Both the position numbers and the translations under genes were made by a program. The notes under the pieces were generated by a model, which was not told where the DNA came from, did no database searches, and saw nothing but the letters and a program-made list of their open reading frames with translations. A stretch of DNA of 63,998 nucleotides, the filler included, from Aduncisulcus paluster (taxonomy: Eukaryota), in the NCBI GenBank assembly GCA_024181965.1. It is 16 parts of 16 records of this genome, joined end to end, with 100 filler letters (N's around TTAATTAATTAA, not from the genome) between each part and the next. Parts side by side here need not be neighbours in the genome. Positions count along the whole stretch, not along the records: positions 7,001 to 13,918 come from BQXS01000090.1; positions 14,019 to 16,075 come from BQXS01000093.1; positions 16,176 to 18,689 come from BQXS01000094.1; positions 18,790 to 27,261 come from BQXS01000095.1; 12 more parts are not named here. One strand, given 5' to 3'. Positions 11,401 through 21,700 of the stretch are shown here, one piece after another. How positions within the stretch are numbered: position 1 is the stretch's first letter; the number at the start of each line of letters is the position of its first letter.

Positions 11401-13918
11401 CAACATTATGAATGATAGAAGAATCCTGGAACTTTTTTGGTTCAACAACACCATCGCATTGGAAAGGTTGATCATATTTAGAGCATTGAGAAACAGGAAT
11501 TGCCCCAATCACCCAGATAGCATCATTGTCGACGAGTGAATTCGAACATAAGTATCTTGCTACAAGAAGATCGGGAGATCCCAACATCAAGGCTTCTTCC
11601 TGAGGTGGAGAAGAACAAGAAGTTGAACCAAATATCCCACCTCCAATCAGCTTATTGGCGAAATCAACAACATTGAATGCCTTTAGCATCTCTGGATCAA
11701 GCATGGATTTTGAAGGAATCAGAGTTTTGGTAACACGAGAATGTTTTCTCGAGAAAGTGAGTGATTTTCTTTGAGAAAGAGCATGTAAAACAGGAGAATT
11801 CCGACCAAACACAGTCGATGGACGATATTGAGATTCTGAACGAATGAATTTCTTCTTTTTACCAGGATTTAAAATATGTTCAAAATTTGCAGTGGCGACA
11901 TACTTATAAATGACAATGACACAGCTGTTCTCCAACATATCCCAATAATCATAGGCTTGGTGGAAATATTGCAAGAAACAAGCACACTTCTCAACAACAG
12001 GAATTCTATCTAATCCGAGATCAGGAACAACGGATTGTGGGGAAAAAAAGGATACATTGTTCTTGGGGTTTGAAAATAAACCAAAGAATGCACATGCATT
12101 CAACCCAACGCAAGCAGTTCTTGAGAGAATATATATAGGATTTTTAATACCGAGCCCCATCATTTCTTTTTCTGAGATACCCATGGCATGAAGACAGATA
12201 ATCGATTTCAAAGCAGCATAAATGGCATCACGGAAATATTTTTCAGGGTTGATCGACTTTATGCTCTTTGAAGGAAAACGTTTTATAAAAACTTTCAAAA
12301 TCTCCAAAAATATATCAGGTTGAGAAGCAGACACTAAACTACATAAAGAATCGGTATTAATTCTTGAATAACGTAATACAATATTTTGGATCTTTCGAAT
12401 ATTCATATCCCATTGAGCTTGAGGGCATATTGAAAATGGAACTGACTGGGTTATCTTCTTCTCCTTTCGTTCCTTCTCCCTTCGTTCCTTCTCCCTTCGT
12501 TCCTTCTCCTTTGGTTCCTTCTTATCCTCTTCATCACCTGAGATACGACTATCGAACTTACCCTTGAATGGGATCTCGGGAATTTCGGAAGGATCTTCAA
12601 TGGTTATGACATCCCCATATTCCTTGATATTGCTCCGAACAATATCGTCAATGGACGGACATTTCCACCCTTCTCCAATCTTTGGAAGTAAACGTTTGAT
12701 GGACTGAACTTTCTCACAGGCTTCATGAACACTCATACGTTCATCGATATCAAACTTTGTCAATCCTTTGAACACAGCTTTCAGACAGGAATAAACAGGT
12801 CTGAACTTACCACCTTCGATGGTCTTTAGGGTTCTGAAAAGACGAGATTCGGAGAGTTTTGGGACATTATTCGCTTTGATGAGCTCCATAAGAGTGCCCA
12901 TGAACTGAACTGTATCTGTGACTTCGCGAAAGACAGCCATATTAACAAATGGATCATGGCATTCGAAGAGGGCAAGAATAGTCAGACCAAGAGAGTATGA
13001 ATCGCTCTTGTCGCTGTGATTCCCTTTGAGAGCCTCATAAGAGTTGTACGCAAGTGTGCCACATACGGTTCGACCTTTACGCGCCTTCCTCTTTCCCCTC
13101 TCCTTTGGGCAAGAATACGAATCAACAAAGCTCTTGCTTACCGAACAAGAAGAAGAAAGAGAATCTCTGATCTGCACAAGGCCTAGATCAGCGAGAACAA
13201 CAGTACATTCTCCATCCTTGGGATCAACACTAATGAGGAAGTTGTCAGGTTTGATATCTCGATGAATAAGACTCTTCTTTGCTCTGAACACATCATTAAG
13301 ACACTCGATCATCCCAACACATAACGCTGCCACTTTCACAGGGTTCAGTGACATGGGGTCAACGGTGCTTTCTTCTTCGTCTCGAGAAGAATCTGAATAA
13401 CTTGAAGAGGATTCAGAGTCGTAATCACTCTCCTCAGCATCACATTTGGAGTCGTTACACCAATCCCTTGCAAACTTATCCACACTGCCTCCAGCACAAA
13501 ATTCCATGATGAAGCCATAAACACCCTTCATCTCTGCATCCAGTAGGTCAAGAATATACATTGGACGAGGTATACGTTTGGAACACTTGGGATTGATAAA
13601 CAGCTTGAGTTGGGTCTTGAACTCATTCTGACAAGCTTCGATAACCTTTTCATCGGCAACTTCAAGCATCTTCTTCAGAACACATGGGAAAGGAATACCA
13701 TCAATTTTAACAAGAAGAACTTCTCCAAACCCACCACGACCAATGATACACTGAGGAGTTATGGTTGAGCTTGAGGTTAGGGTGGTGGAATTCTTCCTGC
13801 GAATATAGGGTCTATGCTTCCCAGATTCTACTTTTGCCCTCTCTTTACGAGGTTTTTGTGGGCTTATTGGAGTTCCATCAATACGTGGTGAGGGAATTCT
13901 TGGAGGTTTATGAGGATA
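11390..13918 (-). CDS. Ser/Thr protein kinase (same family) with large C-terminal extension; 5' truncated
   Basis: Frame open to contig end, with IGRGGFGEV...VLKKM, HRDIKPDN, DLG, CGTLAY; 15-bp repeat encoding EKERR at about 12460-12520. Confidence 0.92.
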   Translation of the reverse strand, partial: YPHKPPRIPSPRIDGTPISPQKPRKERAKVESGKHRPYIRRKNSTTLTSSSTITPQCIIGRGGFGEVLLVKIDGIPFPCVLKKMLEVADEKVIEACQNEFKTQLKLFINPKCSKRIPRPMYILDLLDAEMKGVYGFIMEFCAGGSVDKFARDWCNDSKCDAEESDYDSESSSSYSDSSRDEEESTVDPMSLNPVKVAALCVGMIECLNDVFRAKKSLIHRDIKPDNFLISVDPKDGECTVVLADLGLVQIRDSLSSSCSVSKSFVDSYSCPKERGKRKARKGRTVCGTLAYNSYEALKGNHSDKSDSYSLGLTILALFECHDPFVNMAVFREVTDTVQFMGTLMELIKANNVPKLSESRLFRTLKTIEGGKFRPVYSCLKAVFKGLTKFDIDERMSVHEACEKVQSIKRLLPKIGEGWKCPSIDDIVRSNIKEYGDVITIEDPSEIPEIPFKGKFDSRISGDEEDKKEPKEKERREKERREKERKEKKITQSVPFSICPQAQWDMNIRKIQNIVLRYSRINTDSLCSLVSASQPDIFLEILKVFIKRFPSKSIKSINPEKYFRDAIYAALKSIICLHAMGISEKEMMGLGIKNPIYILSRTACVGLNACAFFGLFSNPKNNVSFFSPQSVVPDLGLDRIPVVEKCACFLQYFHQAYDYWDMLENSCVIVIYKYVATANFEHILNPGKKKKFIRSESQYRPSTVFGRNSPVLHALSQRKSLTFSRKHSRVTKTLIPSKSMLDPEMLKAFNVVDFANKLIGGGIFGSTSCSSPPQEEALMLGSPDLLVARYLCSNSLVDNDAIWVIGAIPVSQCSKYDQPFQCDGVVEPKKFQDSSIIHNVGSD

Positions 13919-14018
13919 NNNNNNNNNNNNNNNNNNNNNNNNNNNNNNNNNNNNNNNNNNNNTTAATTAATTAANNNNNNNNNNNNNNNNNNNNNNNNNN
14001 NNNNNNNNNNNNNNNNNN

Positions 14019-16075
14019 AATGTCCATCCATTGACGATATTGTGAAGGCTCAGGTTGACAAGTATAAAGGTGATTCACACATTTTGATAGAAAGCTATAT
14101 TTCATCCCATTCTATGATATCACCAGAAATAATGAGTTCTGTGGGTCTGAGTGATATTACACAAACCTTTACAATATCCTCTGCTGAAATTCCCCATGAA
14201 TCTTCCTCTTCCTCTTCTTCCTCCTCTTCCTCTTCTTCCTCTTCCTCTTCCTTTTCTTCATCCTTCTCTGAGATGTCACCCTCAGAGAGCGAACATTCAA
14301 GAGTGATTCATGAAGTAGAATATATGGATATTTGTAGATGTGAGCATTCTCATGATCGTGATAGCCAATATAAACGACAAGATATCAAGGGAATCGACCT
14401 AAGCAATATGAATAGAAATGAATGTGTCCTTAAGTCCTTTATTGATTCAATCAAAACAACCTCCTTTCAGTCTGCCATCATATCCCTTTTTAGAAGAAAA
14501 TCTCTTTATCTCAAGGCTATCTTTGATGAGTTCACCACTTCACTACCTGTCATCACATCAAATCGAGATCTCTTTGAGCTTTGTTTCGAATGTTTGTCGA
14601 TGTTCGTGAAGCATAAAGCTACAAAAGAAGACGGGACTCTGAAGGAAGATGATATTGAGATTATTCTTGATTTTTCCGTCATCAAGGAGATGATTGACTC
14701 TTTCTTACCTTCAATGATCAAAGTTGAAGCTGCTCTTAGAGAGAAAGAACAAGATGAAGAAGAACAAGATGAAGAAGAAGATGATGATGATGATGAAGAA
14801 ACTGAAGGAACTACCGTGAATTCCATCACAACAATGCTGTTTAGGATTCTCAATGTCGCAACAACAGATGAATCGTTATGTCCGACTGTTCTCGATCAAA
14901 GCTTTCGTCTTCTCTCTGACATTTTAAGTCTTGGTATATCTGAAACATTTGGAGATTCTTTTGTTAATGATATGTTCGGAATTTTTCGAAGTCTTGCATT
15001 TGCTGAGAATGATTCCACAAAGGATTCCCTTTTATCCCTTCTTTGCCCTCATATCTTACGTTGGATGAAGAAATATCCTGATAAGAAGTTCTTCATGCAT
15101 TGGTCCTGCATCTTGAAGAATATTACCAATAATGCTGATCAAAGTTTTAGTCCTCATGAAGGTCGTTCCTCTAAACTCTGGTTTGTGTTCCATCCTGTCA
15201 TACGTGTGATTAAGAATCCTGCTTTCAAAGATATTCCTGATGTAGATGCACTCATTCGATTTTTCTTGTTCTTCGCCCATCTAAGTTGTGTTCCTTCCCA
15301 AGCCATTGAAGTGCATGATTCTATTAAAGGTGATCTTCTTGATAGTTGGTTTATGATTGTAAAGAAGAAGAAAGAGGGAGGTGATAACTGGGGAACAATT
15401 CACTGGTCCAATCTCATCTCGATGCTCTCCACTGTTCCATCCATTGTTCCTCACATATCTCCCAAATATGATGCTGACATGGAATGGTGTTCAAAGAATG
15501 GAGGATGGGGTGATGATTATTCCAGATATATTCACAATTGTTATCCTTCTATCAAAAATGTATTCAATTTGGTCGAAATGATCAAACAATGCCCTGACTC
15601 TGAATCTACTTCTAGACTCTTCTATGAACATCGAGATGAGATCCTTTCGAACTTTCGTGAATGCCAATCCAAGAGTAAGATTGAAGAAAAAGATAAGAAA
15701 ATGATCACACTTTGTATTCAGTGTTTAAGATTGTTTGTTAATCATTTGTATTCCAGATCTGAAGTCTATCTCCCTATTCCAGTTCTGATTGATCTTGTTG
15801 ACACTTTTTTTGATCACTTGTCAAGAATTAAGAGATCCAAACCATTTCAGGCAGATTTTGATGAAGAGTATTTGTGTATTTGTGCAAATTATACATCAAA
15901 AGTTCACAAGGGATATATTGTGAGATTAGATTCATTCTATTCCAAAATTTCGGCAACTTTGCTCGACTTTTTCAAGAGAGGTACATCAATTTATTTCGAG
16001 GTCGAAATTGTTCAATTTTTTTTGTCTACACTCCAAAACATTTCTTTTGCCTCTTCCCCTGCCACTCGATCCTCT
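14019..16075 (+). CDS. Kinase-tail plus helical (ARM/HEAT-like) repeat protein, both ends truncated
   Basis: Begins CPSIDDIVKAQ..KYKGD (the family's kinase C-terminal motif), followed by the WSxLISMLSTVPS.VPHISPKYD..M.WC..NGG repeat unit. Confidence 0.8.
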
Positions 16076-16266
16076 NNNNNNNNNNNNNNNNNNNNNNNNN
16101 NNNNNNNNNNNNNNNNNNNTTAATTAATTAANNNNNNNNNNNNNNNNNNNNNNNNNNNNNNNNNNNNNNNNNNNNGACCGCATTATAGTTAGTTTGGCCA
16201 CATTTTGATCAAAATCATATCAAACTACCTTTACTATATAATTGACGCCAAAATTTTTCTGTTAAA

Positions 16267-17315
16267 ATGGTACAAACAAGAAGCCAATTGAAAAACGCCA
16301 ATATTGATAATAATGATGAAGAATTTGAAATTGTTGGTGATTTACAAACTGAACGCCATGATAGTGATGCCCACAGGGAAACTTTTTTTCGAGAATCCCA
16401 ACTCAGTTTCAGATTTCGGCAAAAAAATCTCCCAAGTCAGATTTCAAAATGATATCAATTTTGAATCAAAAGTATATCATAAATAAAATATTTAATAATA
16501 TAACCTTATAAAACTTAATACTTTATTTTTTTCCTTTAAATAACAATATATACTTTCTAATATGGCCACAAAAACTACTATCATTTTTGTATAAGAAAAT
16601 GGAAACGACTCATCATCAGCAACTCGTTAAGGTCAATAAGAACCTAAAAAGGGTCTATCAGTTAACAAAACGTAGGTTTTCTCAGATGGACACAATGATC
16701 CAGTCCACTATTCCAGCCCTCATAACTGGAGAGTTAACTGTTACTGCTGAGAACCTCGAAGCCTTCCTATCCACTGCTAAATCCTTCTTCACAAGCATCG
16801 AGCTCACTTCCAAAAAGATTGCTGTGAGATTACTCGATGCCCTCTGTCAGTATGAGTATGATAGAAAAGACGTGAAAAACAACCGCAGGTTGCCTGATAG
16901 CGAGAGGAAGAGGATAATATGTGAAGAACTTAGAGCTGATGAGAAGTTTAGAACTCGCATTGAGAGATGGCCAGATGTCAAAGTCCTTGAATTGTACACA
17001 TCCTACTTCGCCGTTCAGGCCAACAACAATCTTGCCCACATCAAGAAACATGAAAGTGCTCTCCGCTCCATGCTTGAAGAATGTACCGGCAGTTTCGCCA
17101 CGAGAGCGATTGTCTGTTCCATGCTACCCTACTACATTCCTAGTAGATGGAGAACAATTGTTCAGGAACAGTCTATTCTTCTCACACCGTCAACTCCCCA
17201 GGGTAGCCTCACTCTTATATCCCAGGGATCCGATTCTTCTGGCCAAGTTGACTCTCGCACTGGCCCACTGTTGCCTTCCGGTGTCGAAGAATCTTCATTT
17301 GAAGACCTCGAATAA
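16267..17315 (+). CDS. Orphan protein; main exon 16596-17315, probable upstream exon via intron 16472-16595, start uncertain
   Basis: 242-aa ORF; GTATAT...TATAAG phase-0 intron links the frame of ORF 16304 to it; the MVQTRSQ start at 16267 needs a +1 shift near 16380. Confidence 0.5.
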
Positions 17316-17392
17316 ACAATTACATTACAACTTTATTGTTTTGCTTCAGTAAATTGGAATTCGCTATTGTCTATGTAAATGTCGAATATGGT

Positions 17393-17968
17393 TTAAAATA
17401 TCTTTTTACTCAATTCAAGTGTTTTCAGCAACCTTTCGCGTGGAGTCTCACGGCATATACAGTAGAAACCACGGTGAACCAATTGTCCACAGCCGCGACA
17501 CTTATAGTACCAGCGTTTAAGCAAAGAACACTGCAGGCCATCCGGAAACCAGTTTAATAGTTTCCTGGCAAATACGGGCTCGGGGATGCGTATCTCGTAC
17601 GTCTTCAACCAAACTCCCCATTCAGCGAAGCTTAGTCCATATTTCGGACATCCACCCGCATTTATGGCCCTGGCACATCTACTCGCCACCTTCCCAAGGT
17701 GGCGCAACAAAGCCTCATCGTGCTTATTTTCACACGAATAAATAAACTTCATGGGTTCCCCGTGACACATTTCAACATGTCCACTCCATCTCACCAAGTC
17801 AGAACGACTTTCGAGGATGGTTTCCAGGGATGGGAAAACCGGCATCCTTATTATTTTCCGGCAAATTTTAGGGGGTGGAATATACCCTCTCATCTTTGCG
17901 ATGGCTGCGGCAGTAGTGCTAGTCTTTCTAGCACTTTTCACGGCGATTGGTCTACGAGGAGCAGCCAT
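17393..17968 (-). CDS. Orphan 191-aa protein with N-terminal histone H3-tail-like motif and C-terminal CxxC...CxC putative Zn finger
   Basis: MAAPRRPIAVKSARKTST vs H3 KAPRKQLATKAARKSAP; YKCRGCGQLVHRGFYCIC. Confidence 0.7.
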   Translation of the reverse strand: MAAPRRPIAVKSARKTSTTAAAIAKMRGYIPPPKICRKIIRMPVFPSLETILESRSDLVRWSGHVEMCHGEPMKFIYSCENKHDEALLRHLGKVASRCARAINAGGCPKYGLSFAEWGVWLKTYEIRIPEPVFARKLLNWFPDGLQCSLLKRWYYKCRGCGQLVHRGFYCICRETPRERLLKTLELSKKIF

Positions 17969-18285
17969 TCTCAGCGAAAGATAAACCCGTCTCTTATTCG
18001 TACCTAAATTACACATCACAAAATAAAACATGGCATTGACACTTAAACCTCTCTAGTTTATCCATCTTCTATTTTATTTTCTACCGGAAATTTTAAAATT
18101 CGCTCAGGCGACTAAAATGTTTCCAGCACCTCGTATAAAGAAAATTTACACATATGATCCGGGCGATAAATTATTGTTAAGACCTTTAACAAATATAACT
18201 ACTAATATTTTTTCGATTTGTGAAATGGACTCACGAAATTCGACGAACTAACCGAAATTCCTTTTTTTTGTTACGTTACAAAGCG

Positions 18286-18477
18286 ATGAAATCACCAAGG
18301 AAAGAAATAGCCTGTAAAAAGCCCCGTAAAACCAGCAGCACCCAGTCCGACCTGCAACATAGTGTTTTGTCAGGATATCATCAAGATGATGATTCTGAAA
18401 CATCTGGAAGCTACGAGTCCTCTTCCGACTCATATTCTGCCTCGGGAGAACAGCATAACCCGTCTCCCGAATTATGA
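18286..18477 (+). CDS. Small protein (or first exon) with N-terminal histone H3-tail-like motif and acidic/Ser-rich tail
   Basis: MKSPRKEIACKKPRKTSS vs H3 KAPRKQLATKAARKSAP; divergent from 17393..17968. Confidence 0.55.
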   Translation: MKSPRKEIACKKPRKTSSTQSDLQHSVLSGYHQDDDSETSGSYESSSDSYSASGEQHNPSPEL

Positions 18478-18789
18478 TCGGTATGGTTCGGAAACTCTGT
18501 TGACATTTTGAATAGTTCAACTCACAATAATAAAGCTTCTTATGGTTATAGATATATTAACTTAACTTTACTTAAGGTGACATTTAGCCATGCACTACTA
18601 TTCCGATCTGCAAAATGGACATATGGATCTCCGTGGACCAGTAGATGAGCATTGTCTACACACCCCCTTATGGCCTTTACATTTCTCATNNNNNNNNNNN
18701 NNNNNNNNNNNNNNNNNNNNNNNNNNNNNNNNNTTAATTAATTAANNNNNNNNNNNNNNNNNNNNNNNNNNNNNNNNNNNNNNNNNNNN

Positions 18790-21700
18790 GAAGCAGAAGA
18801 AAAGAGACCTAATGGAGTGAATTCCATCACTATGGCATTGTTTAGGATTATTAATGTGTGTATCAAGGAAGTTGTTTCTCTTCGAATCTCAGTCTTTCAC
18901 CGACTATCCACTATTCTCTCCAAAATATTATCGATCGGTCTCTCCAAGAGATTTGAGTCCGATTTCGTTGAGGATGCTCTTGGAACTTGTCGATCTCTTG
19001 CTTGTTCAAAAGATGATTCCACCAAGGATTCCCTCTTAGAGATCCTTCTTCCTCATATTCTGCCTTGGTTGAGGAAATATCCAGGTGAGACTTTCTTCTT
19101 CCACTGGATAAACATCCTGAAGAACATCACACTTGATAATGTTAATACCAACCCTCATAAAGGTCGATGCTTACAACTTTGGTTTGTATTCCCTCCCATT
19201 GTTGGTGCAGTGAAGGATAGCATTTCGAGAGGTCTTGGATTCAATTCTGCCACAAAAATTCGATGTATCATGTTCTTCTCCAATCTGTCCTGTATTCCCG
19301 ATTTTGCAGTAGAAATATTTAAAAACACAAAGCATATGATCGATAATTGGTTTATAATGGTCAAAGAGCAAGAAGAGGACAAACATAATTGGGGAATCAA
19401 ATATTGGTCCAAACTCATTTCCATGCTATCCACTTCTCCATCTCTTGTTCCTCACATTTCTCCTAAATATGATGCCGCTATGGCATGGTGTAAGGATAAC
19501 GGAGGTTGGGGCTCAGATTATTCTCGGTATTGCAAAAGGTGCACTTCTGATCATGTACAAAAGAAATTGGAATTATTGATAAACTACATTGAGAGATGTC
19601 CTTGTTTAGAGACATCCTCTAAATTATACCATGAGTATCGAATGAATATTCTATCTGTCTTTCTTGCATACCAATCTAGAAGTGAAATCGAAGAACATCG
19701 AATAGAGATTATTCTGTGTTGCCAGTGCTTAATTTGCTTTGCGAGACAAATTGATATTTCTAAAAATATCAGATTGCGTATTTCTGAATTTAATAATCTT
19801 ATTGACACTTTCATTGATCATTTATCAAGAGTTGAGTTGGTTTTGCAAGAAGATATTGATGAAGAGTATTGTGCGATTTGTGCTGGGTTTTCCTCCAAAA
19901 TCAAAGATGCACGAAACTCATTTTTTCCCAAGATTGCGCCAACTTTCCAACGAATTCTTGAGAGAGGTTGTAAGGAGAAGTTGGAAAGAAATTATCCAAT
20001 TAATTTGTTGTTGACACTGAAAAACATCTCCAATTCTAATTGTCCTTCGACTCTGTGCTCCATTTTTACCCTTATAAAACCGTATCTTGAAGATTGGTTG
20101 AGTTTATATCGAGATATCAGGTATTATGAAAATTGGATTGTTATCTTGTCGAAACTTACTTGGTCACCCACACTCCATGTTCCAAACAAGTCCATTTGTT
20201 CTGAAATTTGGCCATTCTGCTATCAAATTATTGATATGGCAAAGAAAAAGATTGTTGGTGGTAAAATTTTGGAGGGGGAAAATCGCTTTATTTTACGACT
20301 ATTTTCAAACTTCTGTTGTGATCCTTCTCATGCTATTGGAATATACAACAACACAAAACATCTTCTAAATGGCTGGCTGAAAGCTTTGAAGAAGAAAAGA
20401 CATTCTTGGGGTATCAAATATTTCTCTAACTTTGTTTCCATGCNNNNNNNNNNNNNNNNNNNNTGTTATCTTGTCGAAACTTACTTGGTCACCCACACTC
20501 CATGTTCCAAACAAGTCCATTTGTTCTGAAATTTGGCCATTCTGCTATCAAATTATTGATATGGCAAAGAAAAAGATTGTTGGTGGTAAAATTTTGGAGG
20601 GGGAAAATCGCTTTATTTTACGACTATTTTCAAACTTCTGTTGTGATCCTTCTCATGCTATTGGAATATACAACAACACAAAACATCTTCTAAATGGCTG
20701 GCTGAAAGCTTTGAAGAAGAAAAGACATTCTTGGGGTATCAAATATTTCTCTAACTTTGTTTCCATGCTATCAACAGTTCCTTCTCTTATTCATCTCTTG
20801 TCTCCAAAATTCGATGAAAGCATGGAATGGTGCAAGGATAATGGAGGATTACCCTTGGATTATTCACAATATTGTGACAATTGTAAAAATTATTTAAACC
20901 AAACGAAATTGGGAGATTTGCTAACTTCTATCAAGAGATGTCTTAATCCAGAAACCACTTCTGATCTGTACCATGAACATAGAAAATTCATTCTCTCTAT
21001 ATTCTTTGCATCACGATCCAGAGGTGAAATTGAAGAACATAAAATGGAGCTTGTATTGTGTTATCAATGCTTAAAAGGCTTTACTCATCATATTGCTTGT
21101 GGATCTTCAATCTTTCTACCTCGTATTGAGCTTGATAATCTCGTTGATTCTTTCATTGAGCATCTATCTCGAGTTGAAGAAGTATTGGGATCAGCTGTTC
21201 ATGAAGAGTACTGCCAGATCTGTGCTATTAATCCCCAAGTGCAGTTAAAACGGGGATCTTTCCTCGACAAGATTTCTTCTACTTTTCATCGAATACTTGA
21301 AAGAGGAACCCAGGAAAAGTTGGATACGGGGAGTATTCCAAAACATCTATTACAGACCCTCAAAAATATCTCCACATCTGAATCTTCATCAATTCGATCG
21401 TCCCTTTTCTCTCTCATTAAACCTTATATCAATGATTGGATGATTTTGTACCGAGATATTTGGTATTATGAAGAGTTTATTGTCATATTTGCAAACCTTA
21501 CTTGGTCTCTAAAATATGATTCCCCAGATAAAATAACATGTTCTGAATTATGGCCATTCTTTCGCCCTATTTTTGACGTTGTGAAGAAATATATTGTTGA
21601 GGATAAGATTGTTGAGAGGGAGTATTCCAAGGTTTTAGATTTATTCTCAAATTTATGCTGTGATCGCTTCCATGCTATTGAGATATATGAAAACACCAAG

